Origin: Deltaproteobacteria bacterium
Lineage (GTDB): Bacteria; Myxococcota_A; UBA9160; SMWR01
Assembly (NCBI GenBank): GCA_032128115.1
Contig: JAQBHB010000065.1
Span: forward strand, 1 to 40,421
Reading direction: 5' to 3'
DNA length: 40,421 nucleotides
A model generated the notes under the pieces. That model saw only the letters and a list, made by a program, of their open reading frames with translations. It had not been told where the DNA came from and searched no databases. Below are positions 27,979 through 36,616 of the stretch, piece after piece (the stretch's first letter is position 1; each line of letters opens with the position of its first letter). The translations under genes were made by a program, and so were the position numbers.

Positions 27979-28628
27979 GCCACGATTCCGCGTACGGCCT
28001 CTGGTCCCTGGTCGTGATCAACGCCGCCGTCTTCATCCTCTTCGCGTTCAGCTTCGCGAAGCCGCAGACCGCGCGGGACTGGCGCTCCTTCGGTGCCTTC
28101 TCGGCCTTCCTGGTGGCGCTCTTCGTCGAGATGTACGGCTTCCCGCTCACGATCTACCTGCTCTCCGGCTGGCTGGGGCAGCAGTTCCCGCAGCTCGATC
28201 TCTTCTCCCACGAGTCGGGCCACCTCTGGCACACGCTCTTCGGCTGGGAGGGCGACCCCCACTTCGATCCGTTCCACATCGTGAGCTACCTGCTGATCGG
28301 CGGCGGCTTCTGGATCCTCGCGGCTGCCTGGCCCGTGCTCTACCGGGCGCAGCGGGACGGCCAGCTGGCGACGGCGGGCGCCTATGCTCGCGTGCGCCAC
28401 CCCCAGTATCTGGGCTTCATCGCCATCATGGCCGGCTTCCTGTTCCAGTGGCCGACGCTCATCACACTCGTGATGTTCCCGGTTCTGGTCTTCATGTACG
28501 TGCGCCTCGCACACCGCGAGGAAGGGGAAGTGCGCGCGGAGTTTGGCCTCGTGTACGACGAGTATGCCCGACGCACGCCGCGATGGATCCCACGAGGCCT
28601 CTCCACCAGGGCCGCACAAGGTGCGTGA
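27975..28628 (+). CDS. Isoprenylcysteine carboxyl methyltransferase family protein
   Basis: EMYGFPLTIYLL, GAYARVRHPQY, LAHREE; GTG start overlaps the upstream stop. Confidence 0.88.
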   Translation: MSHDSAYGLWSLVVINAAVFILFAFSFAKPQTARDWRSFGAFSAFLVALFVEMYGFPLTIYLLSGWLGQQFPQLDLFSHESGHLWHTLFGWEGDPHFDPFHIVSYLLIGGGFWILAAAWPVLYRAQRDGQLATAGAYARVRHPQYLGFIAIMAGFLFQWPTLITLVMFPVLVFMYVRLAHREEGEVRAEFGLVYDEYARRTPRWIPRGLSTRAAQGA

Positions 28629-28656
28629 GGGAGACAGCCTCGCACGGGCTGGCGCC

Positions 28657-29238
28657 ATGCTGTCGGCCCACACGCGCATCGCGGCGCTGACGTTCTGTCT
28701 CTGCGCCGTCCCATACCTCGGGCTCTGGGTATACCTCTCCGTGGGGATGCACGGATCGGCGATCGAGGCGGATCTCCCGGAGCGCTGGCTCCTCGTGGTC
28801 CTCTTCATCCTGGGCGTGTTCGTTCCGAGCGCCGGTGTGATCTGGATCGTGCGGTGGGTCCTGAAGGACCAGCTTCAGTTTCGGCTGTCCGGTCTGCTCG
28901 AAGCCTACGGCGCGCTGGTCTTCCTGTTCGCCAGTGCCTACGCGATCGTCCAGGCGAGCGCTGTCGACCCGACCTTCACGGGGATGCCGGTTGTCTGGTC
29001 GGCAGGCGAGCCGGCGAGCCTCGAAGTTCACGTCGCCCGTCTCCACGAAGTCTTCTTCGATTCGCTCTACCTGAGCGTCATGACGATCACGACCGTGGGC
29101 TACGGGGATCTCGCGCCGGTATCGCGTCTCGGCAGGATCCTGACGGCCGTCGAGGGGCTCGCGGGCATCGGCTTCGTCGGCGTGGCACTCGGACACTACT
29201 TCTCGGTGTGCTTGGGGCGGCGCCGTGGACAGCCCTAG
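28657..29238 (+). CDS. Potassium channel family protein (pore domain)
   Basis: DSLYLSVMTITTVGYGDLAP selectivity-filter motif; start codon uncertain. Confidence 0.85.
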   Translation: MLSAHTRIAALTFCLCAVPYLGLWVYLSVGMHGSAIEADLPERWLLVVLFILGVFVPSAGVIWIVRWVLKDQLQFRLSGLLEAYGALVFLFASAYAIVQASAVDPTFTGMPVVWSAGEPASLEVHVARLHEVFFDSLYLSVMTITTVGYGDLAPVSRLGRILTAVEGLAGIGFVGVALGHYFSVCLGRRRGQP

Positions 29239-29893
29239 CGGCCCTGCCGCGTTGCAGACGTCTGCGGAGGTAGAGCGCACGCGCCGGCTCTACCACTGGG
29301 TGGCGCCGTTCTACGACTCGTTCCGCTCGCTCTGGAGCCGTTGGACGCGCCCCGCTGAAGAGGCGCTCGACCGCTTGTTCCGAGAGCGCATCGGGCCCGA
29401 GACCCGGGTGCTCGAGCTGGCGCCGGGGACGGGCATCAACGTCGAGCGGCTGCTCCGCTGTGCTCCCGAGTTCGCGTCGTATCTGGGAATCGACTCGAGC
29501 GAGGAGATGCTGGCGCGGGCGCGGCCCAAAGCACGCGCTGATGCCCGCATCGAGCTGCGCGTCGGTGACGCGACCGCCGTCGGTGCCATCGAAGGGAGCT
29601 TCGACTTCATCGCGTGCACATGGCTTCTCTCGCACCTGGACGCACCTGCCGAGACCGTCCGCGGTGCCCTCTCGAAGCTCTCGCCCGGTGGGACGGCCGC
29701 CTTCATCTTCTTCACAGCGCCACGTAGCGCTCTCCTGCGCGGCGTCCTCCGGCGCCTGGGCGGGCCGTTCCAGTATCGGCTCGTCGATGCGACTCCGATC
29801 AGGACATTGCCGGGCCTGGAGTCGTTCGAGAGCTGCGCGGCCGGGATGGCGACGCTCGCGGTCTTCCAGCCGCGCGAAACCGCCCGTGAGTGA
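29225..29893 (+). CDS. Class I SAM-dependent methyltransferase
   Basis: VLELAPGTG, GIDSSEEMLARAR, GSFDFI. Confidence 0.88.
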   Translation: MDSPSGPAALQTSAEVERTRRLYHWVAPFYDSFRSLWSRWTRPAEEALDRLFRERIGPETRVLELAPGTGINVERLLRCAPEFASYLGIDSSEEMLARARPKARADARIELRVGDATAVGAIEGSFDFIACTWLLSHLDAPAETVRGALSKLSPGGTAAFIFFTAPRSALLRGVLRRLGGPFQYRLVDATPIRTLPGLESFESCAAGMATLAVFQPRETARE

Positions 29894-29931
29894 CACGGCC
29901 GTCGCGATGTCGCTCGCGGCCTCCAGGCTGT

Positions 29932-29957
29932 GTCACGCGAGAGGCCCTTCGCCCGTA
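29932..29957 (+). promoter_or_regulatory. Putative ECF promoter GTCAC-N17-CGTA with no sense gene downstream
   Basis: Exact motif match in the gap between convergent genes. Confidence 0.5.
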
Positions 29958-29999
29958 CCCCGAGCGGGCAGGCCCCATGCAAAGGCCGGGCTGAAGTCG

Positions 30000-30644
30000 C
30001 TACTCCGCCACGTGCAGGTGTGTTCGGAGCCGGAGTGCCTCGAGGTCATCGGGATTGCCGGGGACCAGATCGATGCTGCGCGACTGCGCGACCCGCTCGA
30101 CGCGGATCCCTCGCAGATACAGCGGGCACGTGTCCATGCCCACGCGACCCTGGGTACCGGCGAAGGCCAGATGACAGCGCATGTGGGCGATGGCGGCATC
30201 GACATCGATGCCCTCCGCGAGGCGGACACGCACACCGGTGGAGACGTCCTCGACTGCATCGACCTGGCCGATCAGCGGACAGACGACCCGGATGTCAGGA
30301 GGAAAGGCCCCGCATTCGGCCTCCTCGAACTCCCCCAGGATCCGAGCCGCCTCGAGGTGTTCGCGCGCCTGCCTGTGGTGTTGCCGCGCGAGACGGCGGT
30401 ACACCGCGGCGGGATTGTACGGCTCGAGCTGCTGGGGATCGCGGCGATGCCCCCCGCGCGACCTCCTGGCCCACGCCTCGTATCGCCGCTCGTGGGCTCG
30501 CGCGTCGCCCGCCTCCTCGCTCGCCTCCTCCCGGTGCGCCTCTGCGCTCATGGCGTCGGGCTCCGTCCCGGGACCGACTCCTCCGCAGCCGATCTCCAGG
30601 AGGAGAAGCGCAGCTCCCCACATGTGTCGGGTCTCGACTTTCAC
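30000..30644 (-). CDS. Hypothetical His/Cys-rich lipoprotein-like protein
   Basis: Signal ending in IGC; His-rich helices; Cys motifs EC..CPL..CH..CPL; start uncertain (GTG 30644 or ATG 30623). Confidence 0.65.
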   Translation of the reverse strand: MKVETRHMWGAALLLLEIGCGGVGPGTEPDAMSAEAHREEASEEAGDARAHERRYEAWARRSRGGHRRDPQQLEPYNPAAVYRRLARQHHRQAREHLEAARILGEFEEAECGAFPPDIRVVCPLIGQVDAVEDVSTGVRVRLAEGIDVDAAIAHMRCHLAFAGTQGRVGMDTCPLYLRGIRVERVAQSRSIDLVPGNPDDLEALRLRTHLHVAE

Positions 30645-30667
30645 GGCGGCCCTCGGCTGCGGAGTAC

Positions 30668-30693
30668 TACGGGAGCCGCCAGGGAAGCGTGAC
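30668..30693 (-). promoter_or_regulatory. Putative ECF promoter GTCAC-N17-CGTA
   Basis: Upstream of 30000-30644; back-to-back with 30720-30744. Confidence 0.72.
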
Positions 30694-30719
30694 GGATGCC
30701 GGAGGGCCAGGCATGATTT

Positions 30720-30744
30720 GTCACGCGATGCGCCCTGACGCGTA
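30720..30744 (+). promoter_or_regulatory. Putative ECF promoter GTCAC-N16-CGTA
   Basis: Upstream of the cytochrome c gene. Confidence 0.72.
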
Positions 30745-30795
30745 TGCTGAAGGCACCACGAAGCTGAGATGCGTTGCCGAGGAGGGCGCAACCCG

Positions 30796-31194
30796 ATGAT
30801 TCGACGGTCGCAATCCGTCGCTGCGGCCGCCCTCTGCGCGCTGTCGGTCGCTTGCTCCCCGGACGAGACGGTTCCCGTGGAGGAGGCGGCAGCGCGAGTC
30901 CGGGCGCGTCCGGTTCCTGCCGAGCAGGAACGCGGCAGCGCTCTCTACTCGGCGGCGTGTGCCTCCTGCCACGGTAGCTATGGAGAGGGAAGCGAGCAGG
31001 GGCCCCCGATGCTGCATCCACTCCAGGCAGCGATGCATGGCGACTTCGCATTCGAGCGGGCTGTGCGAGAGGGAGTTCGGCCGCATCACTACCAGCTCGG
31101 ATCGATGCCGCCGGTCGACGATCTGAGTCCCGAGGATGTCGACGCCATCGTCGGCTATGTGCGCTGGATGCAGCACGTGGCCGGGCTTCGCTGA
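30796..31194 (+). CDS. Monoheme cytochrome c lipoprotein
   Basis: Lipobox SVAC, CASCHG, distal SMPP; SD GGAGG. Confidence 0.88.
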   Translation: MIRRSQSVAAAALCALSVACSPDETVPVEEAAARVRARPVPAEQERGSALYSAACASCHGSYGEGSEQGPPMLHPLQAAMHGDFAFERAVREGVRPHHYQLGSMPPVDDLSPEDVDAIVGYVRWMQHVAGLR

Positions 31195-31196
31195 GG

Positions 31197-32609
31197 ATGA
31201 GCATGGAGAACACCGCACAGTTTTTGATCGCCGAGAAGCTGGTGGGCCTGAGTCGGGCGGACTGGAAGTACGCCGATCTCTACGTCCGAGAGGCCGAAGC
31301 TGCCATGGAGCCGCTGTGCACGCGGACGCAGTTCCGCGAGCTGGTGGTCCAGCGCAGCCGGGTCGGGGCGCTTGCGGCGGATCTCCGACACGCGATCCAG
31401 CAGGGCGACTGGCCGAGAGCCGAGCAGCTCGCGGGTGAGAGCAGCGAGCTTCGCAGAAGGGTCGAGCAGAACAGCCGTCTCCTCTCCCTGGCGGAGAAGA
31501 TCTACGGGAAGAGGGCGCTCGACGCCAGCACCCTGGCCCTCGCCCTGGGTGGTGCCGTGGTCCAGCCGGCGCGGGAGCTGGAGCGCGGGATTTCCCGCCT
31601 CAGTAGCGACCTTCGCACGCTCGCGGAGCACGATCATTCGCACCGGGAATTCTACGATCGCCGCGCTGCGGATCTCGACCGCGTGGTCGTCGATCTCCCA
31701 GAGGACCCGCCCCCTGGCGTCGATCCCTCCGAGCTGCGCGAGGCCGCTCTCACCGCTGCGGACGGCGCGGACTTCGCGGCCGTCCTGCGGATGGCTCGGA
31801 GTGCGGTGCGGCGCGGGGAGGATCGAGTGGGGCGCGTCCGTGCCCTGCGTCCCACCTCGGGGTGGGTCGAGCGGCTCGCGGAGCCGATGCCGGAGGAAGC
31901 TGCCCAACGCGCGCGGCGCCTGGGGCTCGAGCTCGCGACGCTCGAGCCGAAGGCTGCGTTCAACGCCTACCTGAGCTGCTGCTGTGCGGACCGTGCCGTT
32001 CTCCCCGCGCTCCCGCTGACGGAGGAGCGGCGCGAGCTCGAAGCCTGCACCTGCGGTCACGCCTGCCCCCCGGAGGTTTCCAAGGGCCTGAAGAGCAGGC
32101 TCGACGTCCTCATGGTCCACCCGTTCGTGACATCGGGGGGAACCCGATACCTGCCGTGGTTCGGGGCCGAGGTGCTCCTCGTAGAAACATTCCCCGAGGA
32201 AGAGCCCGACGCTCGGACCCCTATTCTGGAGGCGCTATCGCTCCCTCGCCGGCGAGGGCTGGCGCGGCTTGCCATCGAGGACGCGCTCCTCTCCAGGGGG
32301 CCCCAGCTATGCGAGGACCTGGGTCTCGATCCGATCGCTTACCGGATCACGTGCATCCCCTTCGATGCCTACAACCGGCTGGCCGATCGCAACGGGTGGG
32401 GTGCCCAGCGGCTGTGGACCCACTTCGACGGCTACCAGGTCACCCGAGAGTTGCAGCTCCAGGCCCTGGTGGGGGGAGACATTCAATTCGGCGGGGCGGA
32501 CGACCTCTGCGGCGTGAGTCGGGCCTACGGCTCCGAGCACATCACGGCCCGCTTCGCCGTCGTGCGGCGAGACCGCTTTGATGCTCGCGAGCCCAGAGAC
32601 GAGCAATAA
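31197..32609 (+). CDS. Hypothetical Cys-cluster protein, 470 aa
   Basis: Long ORF with GC3-biased codons, 2 nt after the cytochrome c stop; SCCCAD and CTCGHACP motifs. Confidence 0.75.
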   Translation: MSMENTAQFLIAEKLVGLSRADWKYADLYVREAEAAMEPLCTRTQFRELVVQRSRVGALAADLRHAIQQGDWPRAEQLAGESSELRRRVEQNSRLLSLAEKIYGKRALDASTLALALGGAVVQPARELERGISRLSSDLRTLAEHDHSHREFYDRRAADLDRVVVDLPEDPPPGVDPSELREAALTAADGADFAAVLRMARSAVRRGEDRVGRVRALRPTSGWVERLAEPMPEEAAQRARRLGLELATLEPKAAFNAYLSCCCADRAVLPALPLTEERRELEACTCGHACPPEVSKGLKSRLDVLMVHPFVTSGGTRYLPWFGAEVLLVETFPEEEPDARTPILEALSLPRRRGLARLAIEDALLSRGPQLCEDLGLDPIAYRITCIPFDAYNRLADRNGWGAQRLWTHFDGYQVTRELQLQALVGGDIQFGGADDLCGVSRAYGSEHITARFAVVRRDRFDAREPRDEQ

Positions 32610-32663
32610 TGTCCGGCGCGGTCTCGCGTTAGAGCCGCAGACCGGCCTGGACCGATTCTCCAT

Positions 32664-33143
32664 TCAGCGACGAAGCACGCGTTCGTGGTCGGGCCGGTCC
32701 GGGTCGAAGCCGTAGTAGGGATCCATCTGCTTCACGATCGATCGGGCTCGATCAATCCTTTCCAGAGCCGTGGCCGCGAGGAACGTCCTGCGCATCTCCT
32801 CGGCACAGTTCCGCCGAAGCGTTGCGATACGTGCGTAGGCGGGGAGCGTCTCTTCCCGACTCGCTCCCGATTCGAGAGCCTCGTGGAGATAGCGGCTCTC
32901 GCGCTCGATCAGACGCAGCTCGTCGAGCAGCCGGTAGTAGGCCCACGCCTGCATCGACCCGACGTCTCGCGTCTGGCTCCGCATCTCGCCCCGCAGGCCC
33001 TTCACACCTTCATGAAGCTCGCCGGCGAGCACCGTCACCCTCGCCTGATCCCATTCGGCGGTCTCCTCGGCAGCCGCTGCGAGTGGCAAGAGCGCACCGA
33101 GCAGCCACACGGTTCCCATCCACCGCGATCTTCGGACGATCAT
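32664..33143 (-). CDS. Hypothetical secreted helical protein
   Basis: Signal peptide ending AAAA-EE; ATGA overlap with the Sel1 gene stop. Confidence 0.65.
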   Translation of the reverse strand: MIVRRSRWMGTVWLLGALLPLAAAAEETAEWDQARVTVLAGELHEGVKGLRGEMRSQTRDVGSMQAWAYYRLLDELRLIERESRYLHEALESGASREETLPAYARIATLRRNCAEEMRRTFLAATALERIDRARSIVKQMDPYYGFDPDRPDHERVLRR

Positions 33144-34120
33144 TGGGCACCTCCGTTCCCTGGTGATCGAGACGGCCCCGGCTCCGGGTGCCGGCCCCGC
33201 CATTCGCTCGCGAGCTGCCGCGCTTCTGCAACCTCTTCCTCGGTGAGGGCTTCTTCGAGCTCCTTGCGCAGCTCTCGAGCTTCCGGGATGGCCGCAGCGC
33301 CCAGGCTCGACCACATGCACGCGCGAACGAGGTCCTCCGGTACGCCCTCTCCCCGCTGGTAGGCGACGCCAAGCGCCGCCTCGGCCGCGTGACTTCCGCG
33401 CTGCGCCGCCGCCCGGTACCAGCGCACTGCCTCGGCGTCATCCTCGGCGACGCCCTCGCCGTAGGCGTACATGTGCCCGAGGTGCAGCTGGGCAGCGGCA
33501 TCGCCGCGCTCCGCCGCCTCCCGGAACCACGCGACGGCCTTCGCGTCATCGCCGGGAACGCGGACGTTCCAGGGGTACATGTGGCCCAGGTTGCTCTTGG
33601 GATCGTCATGCCCGTATTTCGCACCCTCCTTGAACCACTCCAGCTCCTGGCTGTCGTCCTTGGGCACATCGACGTAGCCGAACATGTGGCCCAGATGGGC
33701 TTGCCGACCAGGGTTCCAGCCCTCCGCGGCCCGGCGGTACCACGCGAGCGCCGCGGCATCATCCTTCGGGACCCCGTGTCCGTAGGCGTACATCACCGCG
33801 AGATTTCTCTGAGCCTCCGGGATGCCTTGCTCCGCCGCCAGGCGGTACCACCTCACGGCCTCGGCGTCGTTCGCGGGAGCCCCTTCACCGTATGCGTAGG
33901 CATGTCCCAGGTGAACCTGGGCTTCCGCACTCCCAGAATCCGCAGCCTCGCGCAGCCACTTCATGGTTTCGGAGCCCGTCTCGGGCGCTCCCTCGCCCCC
34001 TGCATAGAGGTGGCCCAGGTGGTCGGGGGCACCGGCCTCCGCCTGCTCTGGACCGTCCGGGTGGGCTCCCGCGCAGCCCACAGCGAGTCCGAAGACCACC
34101 GCGAAGGCGAGTTCTCTCAC
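33140..34120 (-). CDS. Sel1-like (SLR) repeat lipoprotein
   Basis: Lipobox AVGC; repeats AQ.HLG..YAYGEG....DAEAVRWYR.AA..G. Confidence 0.9.
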   Translation of the reverse strand: MRELAFAVVFGLAVGCAGAHPDGPEQAEAGAPDHLGHLYAGGEGAPETGSETMKWLREAADSGSAEAQVHLGHAYAYGEGAPANDAEAVRWYRLAAEQGIPEAQRNLAVMYAYGHGVPKDDAAALAWYRRAAEGWNPGRQAHLGHMFGYVDVPKDDSQELEWFKEGAKYGHDDPKSNLGHMYPWNVRVPGDDAKAVAWFREAAERGDAAAQLHLGHMYAYGEGVAEDDAEAVRWYRAAAQRGSHAAEAALGVAYQRGEGVPEDLVRACMWSSLGAAAIPEARELRKELEEALTEEEVAEARQLASEWRGRHPEPGPSRSPGNGGAQ

Positions 34121-34130
34121 GCCCCAGGGT

Positions 34131-34155
34131 TACGGGGCAGCCGAGGCGGCGTGAC
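34131..34155 (-). promoter_or_regulatory. Putative ECF promoter GTCAC-N16-CGTA
   Basis: Lies 10 nt before the Sel1 GTG start. Confidence 0.72.
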
Positions 34156-34187
34156 AGGCTGGCAGAGGATCCGGACCTCCAGCGGTT

Positions 34188-34213
34188 GTCACCGTTGTCG
34201 GGGCGACTTCGTA
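34188..34213 (+). promoter_or_regulatory. Putative ECF promoter GTCAC-N17-CGTA
   Basis: Upstream of the USP gene SD GGAG. Confidence 0.72.
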
Positions 34214-34233
34214 TAACGGCTGGGGAGACCAAG

Positions 34234-35046
34234 GTGTCGTTCGCGGCGTCGGTGCTTCATCCGACTGATTTCTCGGCGGCGAGCGAGCGCGCCTTCGCCG
34301 ACGCGCTGGCCATCGCGGTGCTGGGCGGAGCTCATCTCGATATCCTGCACGCGGGCTCTTCGCTCGCAGAAGACTGGGAGCGGTTTCCAGCCGTCCGGAA
34401 GACTCTCGAGCGCTGGGGACTTCTTCTTCCCGGCAGTCCGCGCTCCGCCGTATTCGAAAGGCTCGGCGTGGCGGTGACGAAGCTGGAATGGGGAGGGAGC
34501 CCGGCGGGCGCCTGTCTGCGTGCCATCCGCGAGATTGATCCCGATCTGGTGGTGGTCGCAACGGAGGGCCGGAAGGGAGTTGCCCGCTGGCTGCGACCGT
34601 CCGTGGCGGAGGCGGTTGCATACCGGACGGCCGCGGCCACGCTGTTCGTGCCGGCGCGTGGGCGGGGCCTCGTTTCTCTCGACGATGGCACGATCACTCT
34701 CGAGCGCATCCTCGTTCCAGTCGCAGATCGACCGCTGCCCGGCGGCGCGCTCGCTCAGGCGGAACGGATTGCCTGTGCGTTCAAGCTGGAACACGTGGAG
34801 ATCACAGCCCTGCACGTGAACGGTCCTGCGCCGTCCTTCTCCCTGGGCGAGGCGACGGGACTGAGCTGGCGGCAGGAATCTGCGCAGGGCGACGTGGTCG
34901 AGGAAATTCTCGCGGCGGCTCGCACGTCGGACCTGATCGTCATGCCGACCGAGGGGAGGGACGGGATATGGGACGCCCTGCGAGGGAGCACCACGTCGCA
35001 GGTTCTGAGAGCTGCTCGCTGTCCGGTGCTCGCGGTTCCAGCCTGA
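34234..35046 (+). CDS. Tandem-domain universal stress protein
   Basis: VLHPTDFS, DLVVVATEGR, DLIVMPTEGR..GSTTSQVLRAARCPVLAVP. Confidence 0.9.
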   Translation: MSFAASVLHPTDFSAASERAFADALAIAVLGGAHLDILHAGSSLAEDWERFPAVRKTLERWGLLLPGSPRSAVFERLGVAVTKLEWGGSPAGACLRAIREIDPDLVVVATEGRKGVARWLRPSVAEAVAYRTAAATLFVPARGRGLVSLDDGTITLERILVPVADRPLPGGALAQAERIACAFKLEHVEITALHVNGPAPSFSLGEATGLSWRQESAQGDVVEEILAAARTSDLIVMPTEGRDGIWDALRGSTTSQVLRAARCPVLAVPA

Positions 35047-35246
35047 GCGCAGGAGCACGCTAGAGCCGCATGGCGCGCAAGAAGAAATCGGAGGGAGCGC
35101 CGCCCGACGGTCGCTATCCAGCGCCGCCCCACGACGACGCCCGACGACGAGACGGGCCGCCTTCATCAAGAGCCGTTGGCCAGACGAGACCGTGGCAGCC
35201 CAGGCTACGAAAAATCGCTAGCGAGAGCTGCTGGCCAGCTGCTGGC

Positions 35247-35597
35247 CTATTGAGCCGCGGCGTCTTCCCCCTTCGCCAGGCTCTCGTACTCGGCCGCCAA
35301 CTCATCGTTGAGCTGGGCGATCCGGTCGCAGTGCTTCTTCATCGCCTGGCGCTGAACGCTCTTCCCACGGAGATAGCCCTTGGCCATGGCGCGGTGCTCC
35401 TGGGCGAGCGACTTCGCGTCCGCGGCCTTCATCCGGTAGTAGCGGGCCAGAGCCTGGTACTCGGCTGGCGTATCGGCGTTCTCGACCACCATGTGCTCGA
35501 GATGCTCGGTGGTCGCGGCGGGGGTTTCCGCCCAGGCCCCCGCCGGAGCCAGTGCCAGGAAGCCTCCTGCGGTCAGCAAGGCAATCGTGCGTCGCAT
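35247..35597 (-). CDS. Small secreted helical His/Met-containing protein
   Basis: Signal peptide AWA-E; HLEHM, EHRAM, MKKHC; SD GAGG. Confidence 0.75.
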   Translation of the reverse strand: MRRTIALLTAGGFLALAPAGAWAETPAATTEHLEHMVVENADTPAEYQALARYYRMKAADAKSLAQEHRAMAKGYLRGKSVQRQAMKKHCDRIAQLNDELAAEYESLAKGEDAAAQ

Positions 35598-35679
35598 GAC
35601 GAGTTCCCTCCTCTGAGGACTCTAACGCCGGAGACTCGAGGGCACCCCGTGCGGCCTCGAGGCCGGCTGCGGCGTGTAC

Positions 35680-35705
35680 TACGGAGGTGGGCCGCACAGC
35701 GTGAC
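35680..35705 (-). promoter_or_regulatory. Putative ECF promoter GTCAC-N17-CGTA
   Basis: Upstream of 35247-35597. Confidence 0.7.
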
Positions 35706-35976
35706 CGAGGGCGACCGCGCATCAGGGGCGAGGGGAGGTGTCTGCACCGCGAGGCTCTCGATGGCGATCGCGCTGCCGACCAGCACGAAGAAGATCGGCC
35801 CCAACGCCGCGCCATGGAGCTCCGGGACCCGGAGCGGGCTCGCGCTGACCGCGATAGGATTCGGGGTAATGAGCCACAGTCCGCTGGATCGGTGGGGCGG
35901 GTTTCCCCGGGGTCTCGAGCTGGCATGTCCCCGAGCGTCTGAGCGGATTGGCACACGTGATGCAGCGCTCCCCGCT

Positions 35977-36001
35977 GTCACTTCGCGGAGGGGAGCGCGT
36001 A
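35977..36001 (+). promoter_or_regulatory. Putative autoregulatory ECF promoter GTCAC-N16-CGTA
   Basis: Directly upstream of the ECF sigma gene. Confidence 0.72.
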
Positions 36002-36583
36002 ATGCCTAGAGCAGAACGACGCCCGAGCGAGCAAGAGACAACGGATGAATCTCTTATGGCAGGGTATGCGGCTGGCGACGCCGGGGCGTTCGACGAGCTC
36101 TTCCGACGCTACGAGCCTCGCGCCTACGTCTTCTTCCTCAAGCGGACCGGCTCCCCACAGCGCGCCGAAGATCTCTACCAGGAGCTCTTCCTGCGGATCC
36201 ACCGGGCACGCGACCGCTACGATCCGACGCGCCCGTTCACGCCCTGGTTCTTCCAGATCGCGAACCGGCTGCTCGTCGACGATCACCGCCGCGCCTTCCG
36301 GTGCCGCGAGGTCTCGGTCGAGGATCGCGAGCTCCGCGCTGAGGGGCCCGGAAGCGAACAGCAAGTGGCGGATCGGGAGGAGATTCACCAGCTCCTACGC
36401 GAGTTCTCCCCGGAGGAGCGCTACGTGGTGCTGTCGGCGAAGGTCGAGGGGATTGGCTATCCGGAGCTCGCTGAGCATCTGGGCAAGTCTGTCGACGCCG
36501 TCAAGAAGATGGCCTCTCGCGCGATTCAGCGCCTTCGCTCGGCTCCACCTCCGAACTCACCCCTCCAGATTCACGCGCGTTGA
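36002..36583 (+). CDS. ECF-family RNA polymerase sigma factor (start uncertain: 36002 or 36056)
   Basis: GDAGAFDELF, AEDLYQELF, FTPWFFQIANRLLVDDHR, region 4 GIGYPELAEHLGKSVDAVK. Confidence 0.92.
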   Translation: MPRAERRPSEQETTDESLMAGYAAGDAGAFDELFRRYEPRAYVFFLKRTGSPQRAEDLYQELFLRIHRARDRYDPTRPFTPWFFQIANRLLVDDHRRAFRCREVSVEDRELRAEGPGSEQQVADREEIHQLLREFSPEERYVVLSAKVEGIGYPELAEHLGKSVDAVKKMASRAIQRLRSAPPPNSPLQIHAR

Positions 36584-36616
36584 TCCTCGGACCTCTGCGC
36601 GATCGGCCCAGGTGTA

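Noticed and set aside
27677..35684. Recurring GTACTACGG word (near 27678, 30664, 35676) as a separate operator
   Set aside because: It overlaps the CGTA -10 element of the ECF motif on one strand or the other and is explained by it.
35679..35981. ORF containing VPELHGAALGPIFFVLVG, resembling a VPEID/PEP-CTERM-type tail
   Set aside because: No convincing start, signal peptide or basic tail; at most a remnant.
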